Source: Eledone cirrhosa
Taxonomy: Eukaryota
Assembly (NCBI GenBank): GCA_964016885.1
Contig: CAXHJY010001298.1
Coordinates: 1-64,000, forward strand
DNA: 64,000 nt
Direction: 5' to 3'
Below are positions 50,201 to 64,000 of the stretch, one piece after another. The first letter of the stretch is position 1; each line of letters opens with the position of its first letter. The notes under the pieces were generated by a model that was not told where the DNA came from, did not search any database, and was given only the letters and a program-made list of their open reading frames with translations. The position numbers were made by a program, and so were the translations under genes.

Positions 50201-53200
50201 TTTAAAACCTCCATGGAACACAGTACCTGCATCAGTTGTTAGCTGTCGAGACACTGCATCCTTTAAAACCTCCATGGAACAAACTACCTGCATCAGTTGT
50301 TAGATGTCGGGACACTGCATCCTTTAAAACCTCCATGGAACAAACTACCTGCATCAGTTGTTAGCTGTCAAGACACTGCATCCTTTCAAACCTCCATGGA
50401 ACACACTACCTGCATCAGTTGTTAGTTGTCAAGACACTGCATCCTTTAAAACCTCCATGGAACACAGTACCTGCATCAGTTGTTAGCTGTCGTGACACTG
50501 CATCCTTTAAAACCTCCATGGAACAAACTACCTGCATCAGTTGTTAACTGTAGAGACACGGCATCCTTTAAAACCTCCATGGAAAAAACTACCTGCATCA
50601 GTTATTAGGTGTCGAGACACTGCATCCTTTAAAACCTCCTTGGAACACACTACCTGCATCAGTTGTTAGCTGTCAAGACACTGCATCCTTTAAAACCTCC
50701 ATGGAACAAACTACCTGCATCAGTTGTTAGCTGTCGAGACACTGCATCCTTTAAAACCTCCATGGAACACACTACCTGCATCAGTTGTTAGCTGATAAGA
50801 TACTCCATCCTTTAAAACCCCCATGGAATACACTACCTGCATCAGTTGTTAGCTGTCAAGACACTGTATCCTTTAAAATCTCCATGGAACCAACTACCTG
50901 CATCAGTTATTAGCTGTCGAGACACTGCATCCTTTAAAACCTCCATGGAACACACTACCTGCATCAGTTGTTAGCTGTCAAGACACTGCATCCTTTAAAA
51001 CCTCCATGGAACACACTACCTGCATCAGTTGTTAGCTGTCGAGACACTGCATCCTTTATAACCACCATGGAACACACTACCTGCATCAGTTATTAGCTGC
51101 CGAGACAATGCATCCTTTAAAACCTCCATGGAACACACTACCTGCATCAGTTGTTAGCTGTCAAGACACTGCATCCTTTAAAACCTCCATGGAACACACT
51201 ACCTGCATCAGTTGTTAGCTGTCAAGACACTGCATCCTTTAAAACCTCCATGGAACAAACTACCTGCATCAGTTGTTAGCTGTCGAGACACTGCATCCTT
51301 TAAAACCTCCATGGATCACACTACTTGTATCAGTTGTTAGCTGTCGAGACACTGCATCCTTCAATACCTCTACGAAACACTCTACCTGCATCAGTTGTTA
51401 GCTGTCACGACACTGCATCCTTTAAAACCTCCATGGAACAAAATACCTGCATCAGTTGTTAGCTGTCGAGACACTGCATCCTTTAAAACCTCCATGGATC
51501 ACACTACCTGCATCAGTTGTTAGCTGTCGAGACACTGCATCCTTCAATACCTCTACGGAACACACTACCTGCATCAGTTGTTAGCTGTCAAGACACTGCA
51601 TCCTTTAAAACCTCCATGGAACACAGTACCTGCATCAGTTGTTAGCTGTCGAGACACTGCATCCTTTAAAACCTCCATGGAACAAACTACCTGCATCAGT
51701 TGTTAGATGTCGGGACACTGCATCCTTTAAAACCTCCATGGAACACACTACATGCATCAGTTGTTAGCTGTCAAGACACTGCATCCTTTAAAACCTCCAT
51801 GGAACACACTACATGCATCAGTTGTTAGCTGTCGAGACACTGCATCCTTTAAAACCTCCATGGAACACAGTACCTGCATCAGTTGTTAACTGTCAAGACA
51901 CTGCATCCTTTAAAACCACCATGGAACACACTACCTGCATGAGTTGTTAGCTGTCAAGACACTGCATCCTTTAAAACCTCCATGGAACAAACTACCTGCA
52001 TCAGTTGTTAGCTGTCGAGACACTGCATCCTTTAAAACCTCCATGGATTACACTACCTGCATCAGTTGTTAGCTGTCGAGACACTGCATCCTTCAATACC
52101 TCTACGAAACACTCTACCTGCATCAGTTGTTAGCTGTCAAGACACTGCATCCTTTAAAACCTCCATGGAACACAGTACCTGCATCAGTTGTTAGCTGTCG
52201 AGACACTGCATCCTTTAAAACCTCCATGGAACAAACTACCTGCATCAGTTGTTAGATGTCGGGACACTGCATCCTTTAAAACCTCCATGGAACAAACTAC
52301 CTGCATCAGTTGTTAGCTGTCAAGACACTGCATCCTTTCAAACCTCCATGGAACACACTACCTGCATCAGTTGTTAGCTGTCGAGACACTGCATCCTTTC
52401 AAAGCTCCATGGAACACACTACCTGCATCAGTTGTTAGCTGTCAAGACACTGCATCCTTTAAAACCTCCATGGAACACACTACCTGCATCAGTTGTTAGC
52501 TGTCGAGACACTGCATCCTTTAAAACCTCTACGGAACACGCTACCTGCATCAGTTGTTAGCTGTCAAGACACTGCATCCTTTAAAACCTCCATGGAACAC
52601 AGTACCTGCATCAGTTGTTAGCTGTCGTGACACTGCATCCTTTAAAACCTCCATGGAACAAACTACCTGCATCAGTTGTTAACTGTAGAGACACTGCATC
52701 CTTTAAAACCTCCATGGAAAAAACTACCTGCATCAGTTATTAGGTGTCGAGACACTGCATCCTTTAAAACCTCCTTGGAACACACTACCTGCATCAGTTG
52801 TTAGCTGTCAAGACACTGCATCCTTTAAAACCACCATGGAACACACTACCTGCATCAGTTGTTAGCTGTCGAGGCACTGCATCCCTTAAAACCACCATGG
52901 AACACACTACCTGCATGAGTTGTTAGCTGTCAAGACACTGCATCCTTTAAAACCTCCATGGAACAAACTACCTGCATCAGTTGTTAGCTGTCGAGACACT
53001 GCATCCTTTAAAACCTCCATGGAACACACTACCTGCATCAGTTGTTAACTGATAAGACACTCCATCCTTTAAAACCTCCATGGAACACACTACCTGCATC
53101 AGTTGTTAGCTGTCAAGACACTGCATCCTTTAAAACCTCCATGGAACACACTACCTGCATCAGTTGTTAGCTGTCGAGACACTGCATCCTTCAAAACCTC

Positions 53201-56200
53201 TACGGAACACACTACCTGCATGAGTTGTTAGCTGTCAAGACACTGCATCCTTTAAAACCTCTATGGAACACAGTACCTGCATCAGTTGTTAGCTGTCGAG
53301 ACACTGCATCCTTTAAAACCTCCATGGAACAAACTACCTGCATCAGTTGTTAGCTGTCGAGACACTGCATCCTTTAAAACCACCATGGAACACACTACCT
53401 GCATGAGTTGTTAGCTGTCAAGACACTGCATCCTTTAAAACCTCCATGGAACACAGTACCTGCATCAGTTGTTAGCTGCCGAGACACTGCATCCTTTAAA
53501 ACCTCCATGGAACAAACTACCTGCATCAGTTGTTAGATGTCGGGACACTGCATCCTTTAAAACCTCCATGGAACAAACTACCTGCATCAGTTGTTAGCTG
53601 TCAAGACACTGCATCCTTTCAAACCTCCATGGAACACACTACCTGCATCAGTTGTTAGCTGTCAAGACACTGCATCCTTTAAAACCTCCATGGAACAAAC
53701 TACCTGCATCAGTTGTTAGCTGTCGAGACACTGCATCCTTTAAAATCTCCATGGATCACACTACCTGTATCAGTTGTTAGCTGTCGAGACACTGCATCCT
53801 TCAATACCTCTACGGAACACACTACCTGCATCAGTTGTTAGCTGTCAAGACACTGCATCCTTTAAAACCTCCATGGAACACAGTACCTGCATCAGTTGTT
53901 AGCTGTCGAGACACTGCATCCTTTAAAACCTCCATGGAACAAACTACCTGCATCAGTTATTAGGTGTCGAGACACTGCATCCTTTAAAACCTCCTTGGAA
54001 CACACTACCTGCATCAGTTGTTAGCTGTCGAGACACTGCATCCTTTATAACCACCATGGAACACACTACCTGCATGAGTTGTTAGCTGTCACGACACTGC
54101 ATCCTTTAAAACCTCCATGGAACAAAATACCTGCATCAGTTGTTAGCTGTCGAGACACTGCATCCTTTAAAACCTCCATGGATCACACTACCTGTATCAG
54201 TTGTTAGCTGTCGAGACACTGCATCCTTCAATACCTCTACGGAACACACTACCTGCATCAGTTGTTAGCTGTCAAGACACTGCATCCTTTAAAACCTCCA
54301 TGGAACACAGTACCTGCATCAGTTGTTAGCTGTCGAGACACTGCATCCTTTAAAACCTCCATGGAACAAACTACCTGCATCAGTTGTTAGATGTCGGGAC
54401 ACTGCATCCTTTAAAACCTCCATGGAACAAACTACCTGCATCAGTTGTTAGCTGTCAAGACACTGCATCCTTTCAAACCTCCATGGAACACACTACATGC
54501 ATCAGTTGTTAGCTGTCGAGACACTGCATCCTTTCAAAGCTCCATGGAACACACTACCTGCATCAGTTGTTAGCTGTCAAGACACTGCATCCTTTAAAAC
54601 CTCCATGGAACAAACTACCTGCATCAGTTGTTAGCTGTCGAGACACTGCATCCTTTAAAACCTCCATGGATTACACTACCTGCATCAGTTGTTAGCTGTC
54701 GAGACACTGCATCCTTCAATACCTCTACGGAACAAACTACCTGCATCAGTTGTTAGCTGTCAAGACACTGCATCCTTTAAAACCTCCATGGAACACACTA
54801 CCTGCATCAGTTGTTAGCTGTCGAGACACTGCATCCTTTAAAACCACCATGGAACACACTACCTGCATGAGTTGTTAGCTGTCAAGACACTGCATCCTTT
54901 AAAACCTCCATGGAACACACTACCTGCATCAGTTGTTAGCTGTCGAGACACTGCATCCTTTAAAACCTCCATGGATTACACTAACTGCATCAGTTGTTAG
55001 CTGTCGAGACACTGCATCCTTCAATACCTCTACGGAACAAACTACCTGCATCAGTTGTTAGCTGTCAAGACACTGCATCCTTTAAAACCTCCATGGAACA
55101 CACTACCTGCATCAGTTGTTAGCTGTCGAGACACTGCATCCTTTAAAACCACCATGGAACACACTACCTGCATGAGTTGTTAGCTGTCAAGACACTGCAT
55201 CCTTTAAAACCTCCATGGAACAAACTACCTGCATCAGTTGTTAGCTGTCGAGACACTGCATCCTTTAAAACCTCCATGGATTACACTAACTGCATCAGTT
55301 GTTAGCTGTCGAGACACTGCATCCTTCAATACCTCTACGGAACAAATTACCTGCATCAGTTGTTAGCTGTCAAGACACTGCATCCTTTAAAACCTCCATG
55401 GAACACACTACCTGCATCAGTTGTTAGCTGTCGAGGCACTGCATCCTTTAAAACCACCATGGAACACACTACCTGCATGAGTTGTTAGCTGTCAAGACAC
55501 TGCATCCTTTAAAACCTCCATGGAACACACTACCTGCATCAGTTGTTAGCTGTCGAGACACTGCATCCTTTAAAACCTCCATGGAACACACTACCTGCAT
55601 CACTTGTTAGCTGATAAGACACTCCATCCTTTAAAACCTCCATGGAACACACTACCTGCATCAGTTGTTAGCTGTCAAGACACTGCATCCTTTAAAACCT
55701 CCATGGAACACACTACCTGCATCAGTTGTTAGCTGTCGAGACACTGCATCCTTCAAAACCTCTACGGAACACACTACCTGCATCAGTTGTTAGCTGTCAA
55801 GACACTGCATCCTTTAAAACCTCTATGGAACACAGTACCTGCATCAGTTGTTAGCTGTCGAGACACTGCATCCTTTAAAACCTCCATGGAACAAACTACC
55901 TGCATCAGTTGTTAGCTGTCGAGACACTGCATCCTTTAAAACCACCATGGAACACACTACCTGCATGAGTTGTTAGCTGTCAAGACACTGCATCCTTTAA
56001 AACCTCCATGGAACAAACTACCTGCATCAGTTGTTAGCTGTCGAGACACTGCATCCTTTAAAACCTCCATGGATCACACTAACTGCATCAGTTGTTAGCT
56101 GTCGAGACACTGCATCCTTCAATACCTCTACGGAACACACTACCTGCATCAGTTGTTAGCTGTCAAGACACTGCATCCTTTAAAACCTCCATGGAACACA

Positions 56201-59200
56201 CTACCTGCATCAGTTGTTAGCTGTCAAGACACTGCATCCTTTAAAACCTCCATGGAACAAACTACCTGCATCAGTTGTTAGCTGTCGAGACACTGCATCC
56301 TTTAAAACCTCCATGGATCACACTACCTGCATCAGTTGTTAGCTGTCGAGACCCTGCATCCTTCAATACCTCTACGGAACACACTACCTACATCAGTTGT
56401 TAGCTGTCAAGACACTGCATCCTTTAAAACCTCCATGGAACACAGTACCTGCATCAGTTGTTAGCTGTCGAGACACTGCATCCTTTAAAACCTCCATGGA
56501 ACAAACTACCTGCATCAGTTGTTAGATGTCGGGACACTGCATCCTTTAAAACCTCCATGGAACAAACTACCTGCATCAGTTGTTAGCTGTCAAGACACTG
56601 CATCCTTTCAAACCTCCATGGAACACACTACCTGCATCAGTTGTTAGCTGTCGAGACACTGCATCCTTTCAAAGCTCCATGGAACACACTACCTGCATCA
56701 GTTGTTAGCTGTCAAGACACTGCATCCTTTAAAACCTCCATGGAACACACTACCTGCATCAGTTGTTAGCTGTCGAGACACTGCATCCTTTAAAACCTCT
56801 ACGGAACACACTACCTGCATCAGTTGTTAGCTGTCAAGACACTGCATCCTTTAAAACCTCCATAGAACACAGTACCTGCATCAGTTGTTAGCTGTCGTGA
56901 CACTGCATCCTTTAAAACCTCCATGGAACAAACTACCTGCACCAGTTGTTAACTGTAGAGACACTGCATCCTTTAAAACCTCCATGGAAAAAACTACCTG
57001 CATCAGTTATTAGGTGTCGAGACACTGCATCCTTTGAAACCTCCTTGGAACACACTACCTGCATCAGTTGTTAGCTGTCAAGACACTGCATCCTTTAAAA
57101 CCTCCATGGAACACACTACCTGCATGAGTTGTTAGCTGTCAAGACACTGCATCCTTTAAAACCTCCATGGAACACACTACCTGCATCAGTTGTTAGCTGT
57201 CGAGACACTGCATCCTTTAAAACCACCATGGAACACACTACCTGCATGAGTTGTTAGCTGTCAAGACACTGCATCCTTTAAAACCTCCATGGAACAAACT
57301 ACCTGCATCAGTTGTTAGCTGTCGAGACACTGCATCCTTTAAAACCTCCATGGATTACACTACCTGCATCAGTTGTTAGCTGTCGAGACACTGCATCCTT
57401 CAATACCTCTACGAAACACTCTACCTGCATCAGTTGTTAGCTGTCAAGACACTGCATCCTTTAAAACCTCCATGGAACACAGTACCTGCATCAGTTGTTA
57501 GCTGTCGAGACACTGCATCCTTTAAAACCTCCATGGAACAAACTACCTGCATCAGTTGTTAGATGTCGGGACACTGCATCCTTTAAAACCTCCATGGAAC
57601 AAACTACCTGCATCAGTTGTTAGCTGTCAAGACACTGCATTCTTTCAAACCTCCATGGAACACACTACCTGCATCAGTTGTTAGCTGTCGAGACACTGCA
57701 TCCTTTCAAAGCTCCATGGAACACACTACCTGCATCAGTTGTTAATTGTCAAGACACTGCATCCTTTAAAACCTCCATGGAACACACTACCTGCATCAGT
57801 TGTTAGCTGTCGAGACACTGCATCCTTTAAAACCTCTACGGAACACACTACCTGCATCAGTTGTTAGCTGTCAAGACACTGCATCCTTTAAAACCTCCAT
57901 GGAACACACTACCTGCATCAGTTGTTAGCTGTCGTGACACTGCATCCTTTAAAACCCCCATGGAACAAACTACCTGCATCAGTTGTTAACTGTAGAGACA
58001 CTGCATCCTTTAAAACCTCCATGGAAAAAACTACCTGCATCAGTTATTAGGTGTCGAGACACTGCATCCTTTAAAACCTCCTTGGAACACACTACCTGCA
58101 TCAGTTGTTAGCTGTCAAGACACTGCATCCTTTAAAACCTCCATGGAACACACTACCTGCATCAGTTGTTAGCTGTCGAGGCACTGCATCCTTTAAAACC
58201 ACCATGGAACACACTACCTGCATGAGTTGTTAGCTGTCAAGACACTGCATCCTTTAAAACCTCTATGGAACACAGTACCTGCATCAGTTGTTAGCTGTCG
58301 AGACACTGCATCCTTTAAAACCTCCATGGAACACACTACCTGCATCAGTTGTTAGCTGTCGAGACACTGCATCCTTCAAAACCTCTACGGAACACACTAC
58401 CTGCATCAGTTGTTAGCTGTCAAGACACTACATCCTTTAAAACCTCTATGGAACACAGTACCTGCATCAGTTGTTAGCTGTCGAGACACTGCATCCTTTA
58501 AAACCTCCATGGAACAAACTACCTGCATCAGTTGTTAGCTGTCAAGACACTGCATCCTTTAAAACCTCCATGGAACAAACTACCTGCATCAGTTGTTAGC
58601 TGTCGAGACACTGCATCCTTTAAAACCTCCATGGATCACACTACCTGCATCAGTTGTTAGCTGTCGAGACACTGCATCCTTCAATACCTCTACGGAACAC
58701 ACTACCTGCATCAGTTGTTAGCTGTCAAGACACTGCATCCTTTAAAACCTCCATGGAACACAGTACCTGCATCAGTTGTTAGCTGTCGAGACACTGCATC
58801 CTTTAAAACCTCCATGGAACAAACTACCTGCATCAGTTGTTAGCTGTCAAGACACTGCATCCTTTCAAACCTCCATGGAACACACTACCTGCATCAGTTG
58901 TTAGCTGTCGAGACACTGCATCCTTTCAAAGCTCCATGGAACACACTACCTGCATCAGTTGTTAGCTGTCAAGACACTGCATCCTTTAAAACTTCCATGG
59001 AACACACTACCTGCATCAGTTGTTAGCTGTCGAGACACTGCATCCTTTAAAACCTCTACGGAACACACTACCTGCATCAGTTGCTAGCTGTCAAGACACT
59101 GCATCCTTTAAAACCTCCATAGAACACAGTACCTGCATCAGTTGTTAGCTGTCGTGACACTGCATCCTTTAAAACCTCCATGGAACAAACTACCTGCACC

Positions 59201-62200
59201 AGTTGTTAACTGTAGAGACACTGCATCCTTTAAAACCTCCATGGAAAAAACTACCTGCATCAGTTATTAGGTGTCGAGACACTGCATCCTTTAAAACCTC
59301 CTTGGAACACACTACCTGCATCAGTTGTTAGCTGTCAAGACACTGCATCCTTTAAAACCTCCATGGAACACACTACCTGCATGAGTTGTTAGCTGTCAAG
59401 ACACTGCATCCTTTAAAACCTCCATGGAACAAACTACCTGCATCAGTTGTTAGCTGTCGAGACACTGCATCCTTTAAAACCTCCATGGAACACACTACCT
59501 GCATCAGTTGTTAGCTGATAAGACACTCCATCCTGTAAAATCTCCATGGAACACACTACCTGCATCAGTTGTTAGCTGTCAAGACACTGCATCCTTTAAA
59601 ACCTCCATGGAACACACTACCTGCATCAGTTGTTAGCTGTCGAGACACTGCATCCTTCAAAACCTCTACGGAACACACTACCTGCATCAGTTGTTAGCTG
59701 TCAAGACACTGCATCCTTTAAAACCTCTATGGAACACAGTACCTGCATCAGTTGTTAGCTGTCGAGACACTGCATCCTTTAAAACCTCCATGGAACAAAC
59801 TACCTGCATCAGTTGTTAGCTGTCAAGACACTGCATCCTTTCAAACCTCCATGGAACACACTACCTGCATCAGTTGTTAGCTGTCGAGACACTGCATCCT
59901 TTCAAAGCTCCATGGAACACACTACCTGCATCAGTTGTTAGCTGTCAAGACACTGCATCCTTTAAAACCTCCATGGAACACACTACCTGCATCAGTTGTT
60001 AGCTGTCGAGACACTGCATCCTTTAAAACCTCCATGGAACACAGTACCTGCATCAGTTGTTAGCTGTCGTGACACTGCATCCTTTAAAACCTCTATGGAA
60101 CACAGTACCTGCATCAGTTGTTAGCTGTCGAGACACTGCATCCTTTAAAACCTCCATGGAACAAACTACCTGCATCAGTTGTTAGATGTCGGGACACTGC
60201 ATCCTTTAAAACCTCCATGGAACAAACTACCTGCATCAGTTGTTAGCTGTCAAGACACTGCATCCTTTCAAACCTCCATGGAACACACTACCTGCATCAG
60301 TTGTTAGCTGTCGAGACACTGCATCCTTTCAAAGCTCCATGGAACACACTACCTGCATCAGTTGTTAGCTGTCAAGACACTGCATCCTTTAAAACCTCCA
60401 TGGAACACACTACCTGCATCAGTTGTTAGCTGTCGAGACACTGCATCCTTTAAAACCTCTACGGAACACGCTACCTGCATCAGTTGTTAGCTGTCAAGAC
60501 ACTGCATCCTTTAAAACCTCCATGGAACACAGTACCTGCATCAGTTGTTAGCTGTCGTGACACTGCATCCTTTAAAACCTCCATGGAACAAACTACCTGC
60601 ATCAGTTGTTAACTGTAGAGACACTGCATCCTTTAAAACCTCCATGGAAAAAACTACCTGCATCAGTTATTAGGTGTCGAGACACTGCATCCTTTAAAAC
60701 CTCCTTGGAACACACTACCTGCATCAGTTGTTAGCTGTCAAGACACTGCATCCTTTAAAACCACCATGGAACACACTACCTGCATCAGTTGTTAGCTGTC
60801 GAGGCACTGCATCCCTTAAAACCACCATGGAACACACTACCTGCATGAGTTGTTAGCTGTCAAGACACTGCATCCTTTAAAACCTCCATGGAACAAACTA
60901 CCTGCATCAGTTGTTAGCTGTCGAGACACTGCATCCTTTAAAACCTCCATGGAACACACTACCTGCATCAGTTGTTAACTGATAAGACACTCCATCCTTT
61001 AAAACCTCCATGGAACACACTACCTGCATCAGTTGTTAGCTGTCAAGACACTGCATCCTTTAAAACCTCCATGGAACACACTACCTGCATCAGTTGTTAG
61101 CTGTCGAGACACTGCATCCTTCAAAACCTCTACGGAACACACTACCTGCATGAGTTGTTAGCTGTCAAGACACTGCATCCTTTAAAACCTCTATGGAACA
61201 CAGTACCTGCATCAGTTGTTAGCTGTCGAGACACTGCATCCTTTAAAACCTCCATGGAACAAACTACCTGCATCAGTTGTTAGCTGTCGAGACACTGCAT
61301 CCTTTAAAACCACCATGGAACACACTACCTGCATGAGTTGTTAGCTGTCAAGACACTGCATCCTTTAAAACCTCCATGGAACACAGTACCTGCATCAGTT
61401 GTTAGCTGCCGAGACACTGCATCCTTTAAAACCTCCATGGAACAAACTACCTGCATCAGTTGTTAGATGTCGGGACACTGCATCCTTTAAAACCTCCATG
61501 GAACAAACTACCTGCATCAGTTGTTAGCTGTCAAGACACTGCATCCTTTCAAACCTCCATGGAACACACTACCTGCATCAGTTGTTAGCTGTCAAGACAC
61601 TGCATCCTTTAAAACCTCCATGGAACAAACTACCTGCATCAGTTGTTAGCTGTCGAGACACTGCATCCTTTAAAATCTCCATGGATCACACTACCTGTAT
61701 CAGTTGTTAGCTGTCGAGACACTGCATCCTTCAATACCTCTACGGAACACACTACCTGCATCAGTTGTTAGCTGTCAAGACACTGCATCCTTTAAAACCT
61801 CCATGGAACACAGTACCTGCATCAGTTGTTAGCTGTCGAGACACTGCATCCTTTAAAACCTCCATGGAACAAACTACCTGCATCAGTTATTAGGTGTCGA
61901 GACACTGCATCCTTTAAAACCTCCTTGGAACACACTACCTGCATCAGTTGTTAGCTGTCGAGACACTGCATCCTTTATAACCACCATGGAACACACTACC
62001 TGCATGAGTTGTTAGCTGTCACGACACTGCATCCTTTAAAACCTCCATGGAACAAAATACCTGCATCAGTTGTTAGCTGTCGAGACACTGCATCCTTTAA
62101 AACCTCCATGGATCACACTACCTGTATCAGTTGTTAGCTGTCGAGACACTGCATCCTTCAATACCTCTACGGAACACACTACCTGCATCAGTTGTTAGCT

Positions 62201-64000
62201 GTCAAGACACTGCATCCTTTAAAACCTCCATGGAACACAGTACCTGCATCAGTTGTTAGCTGTCGAGACACTGCATCCTTTAAAACCTCCATGGAACAAA
62301 CTACCTGCATCAGTTGTTAGATGTCGGGACACTGCATCCTTTAAAACCTCCATGGAACAAACTACCTGCATCAGTTGTTAGCTGTCAAGACACTGCATCC
62401 TTTCAAACCTCCATGGAACACACTACATGCATCAGTTGTTAGCTGTCGAGACACTGCATCCTTTCAAAGCTCCATGGAACACACTACCTGCATCAGTTGT
62501 TAGCTGTCAAGACACTGCATCCTTTAAAACCTCCATGGAACAAACTACCTGCATCAGTTGTTAGCTGTCGAGACACTGCATCCTTTAAAACCTCCATGGA
62601 TTACACTACCTGCATCAGTTGTTAGCTGTCGAGACACTGCATCCTTCAATACCTCTACGGAACAAACTACCTGCATCAGTTGTTAGCTGTCAAGACACTG
62701 CATCCTTTAAAACCTCCATGGAACACACTACCTGCATCAGTTGTTAGCTGTCGAGACACTGCATCCTTTAAAACCACCATGGAACACACTACCTGCATGA
62801 GTTGTTAGCTGTCAAGACACTGCATCCTTTAAAACCTCCATGGAACACACTACCTGCATCAGTTGTTAGCTGTCGAGACACTGCATCCTTTAAAACCTCC
62901 ATGGATTACACTAACTGCATCAGTTGTTAGCTGTCGAGACACTGCATCCTTCAATACCTCTACGGAACAAACTACCTGCATCAGTTGTTAGCTGTCAAGA
63001 CACTGCATCCTTTAAAACCTCCATGGAACACACTACCTGCATCAGTTGTTAGCTGTCGAGACACTGCATCCTTTAAAACCACCATGGAACACACTACCTG
63101 CATGAGTTGTTAGCTGTCAAGACACTGCATCCTTTAAAACCTCCATGGAACAAACTACCTGCATCAGTTGTTAGCTGTCGAGACACTGCATCCTTTAAAA
63201 CCTCCATGGATTACACTAACTGCATCAGTTGTTAGCTGTCGAGACACTGCATCCTTCAATACCTCTACGGAACAAATTACCTGCATCAGTTGTTAGCTGT
63301 CAAGACACTGCATCCTTTAAAACCTCCATGGAACACACTACCTGCATCAGTTGTTAGCTGTCGAGGCACTGCATCCTTTAAAACCACCATGGAACACACT
63401 ACCTGCATGAGTTGTTAGCTGTCAAGACACTGCATCCTTTAAAACCTCCATGGAACACACTACCTGCATCAGTTGTTAGCTGTCGAGACACTGCATCCTT
63501 TAAAACCTCCATGGAACACACTACCTGCATCACTTGTTAGCTGATAAGACACTCCATCCTTTAAAACCTCCATGGAACACACTACCTGCATCAGTTGTTA
63601 GCTGTCAAGACACTGCATCCTTTAAAACCTCCATGGAACACACTACCTGCATCAGTTGTTAGCTGTCGAGACACTGCATCCTTCAAAACCTCTACGGAAC
63701 ACACTACCTGCATCAGTTGTTAGCTGTCAAGACACTGCATCCTTTAAAACCTCTATGGAACACAGTACCTGCATCAGTTGTTAGCTGTCGAGACACTGCA
63801 TCCTTTAAAACCTCCATGGAACAAACTACCTGCATCAGTTGTTAGCTGTCGAGACACTGCATCCTTTAAAACCACCATGGAACACACTACCTGCATGAGT
63901 TGTTAGCTGTCAAGACACTGCATCCTTTAAAACCTCCATGGAACAAACTACCTGCATCAGTTGTTAGCTGTCGAGACACTGCATCCTTTAAAACCTCCAT
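41245..64000. repeat. 61-bp tandem satellite, 373 units in window, continues past the end
   Basis: Consensus CATGGAACACACTACCTGCATCAGTTGTTAGCTGTC(G/A)AGACACTGCATCCTTTAAAACCTC; unit starts at 41245 and 63998 differ by exactly 373 x 61. Confidence 0.99.

Noticed and set aside
41245-64000. CRISPR array or repeat-protein gene
   Set aside because: Units are contiguous with no unique spacers and there are no cas genes in this eukaryotic context; 61 is not a multiple of 3 and stop codons recur on both strands.

Overview
Eukaryotic (animal) genomic DNA, AT-rich and full of microsatellites. The repeat inventory (RTE LINEs with (GAT)n tails, tRNA-derived SINEs, TTAA-flanked MITEs, (TA)n-associated Penelope-like ends) suggests an octopus or other coleoid cephalopod; this is inference only. 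Positions 294-23494 (+) hold the last 14 coding exons of a KMT2C/D (MLL3/4, trithorax-related) H3K4 methyltransferase: ePHD, FYRN, FYRC, WIN, SET and post-SET, all with GT-AG introns and consistent phases. The introns contain three antisense, 5'-truncated copies of a young RTE LINE whose RT carries an inserted PHD finger. Positions ~26-40 kb are intergenic transposon debris (HERO-like and CRE-like fragments, SINEs, MITEs, fold-back palindromes). Positions 40353-41078 are a 29-bp minisatellite, and 41245-64000 are a 61-bp satellite (373 units, no net indel) with higher-order duplications. The most notable unannotated signal is a set of hammerhead ribozyme motifs: two minimal Penelope-type copies, two related copies whose helix II is expanded by a conserved ~60-nt domain with compensatory changes, and one hammerhead-like motif in non-circularly-permuted order in a HERO-like 3' UTR. 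All coordinates were read by eye, with no alignments or database searches.
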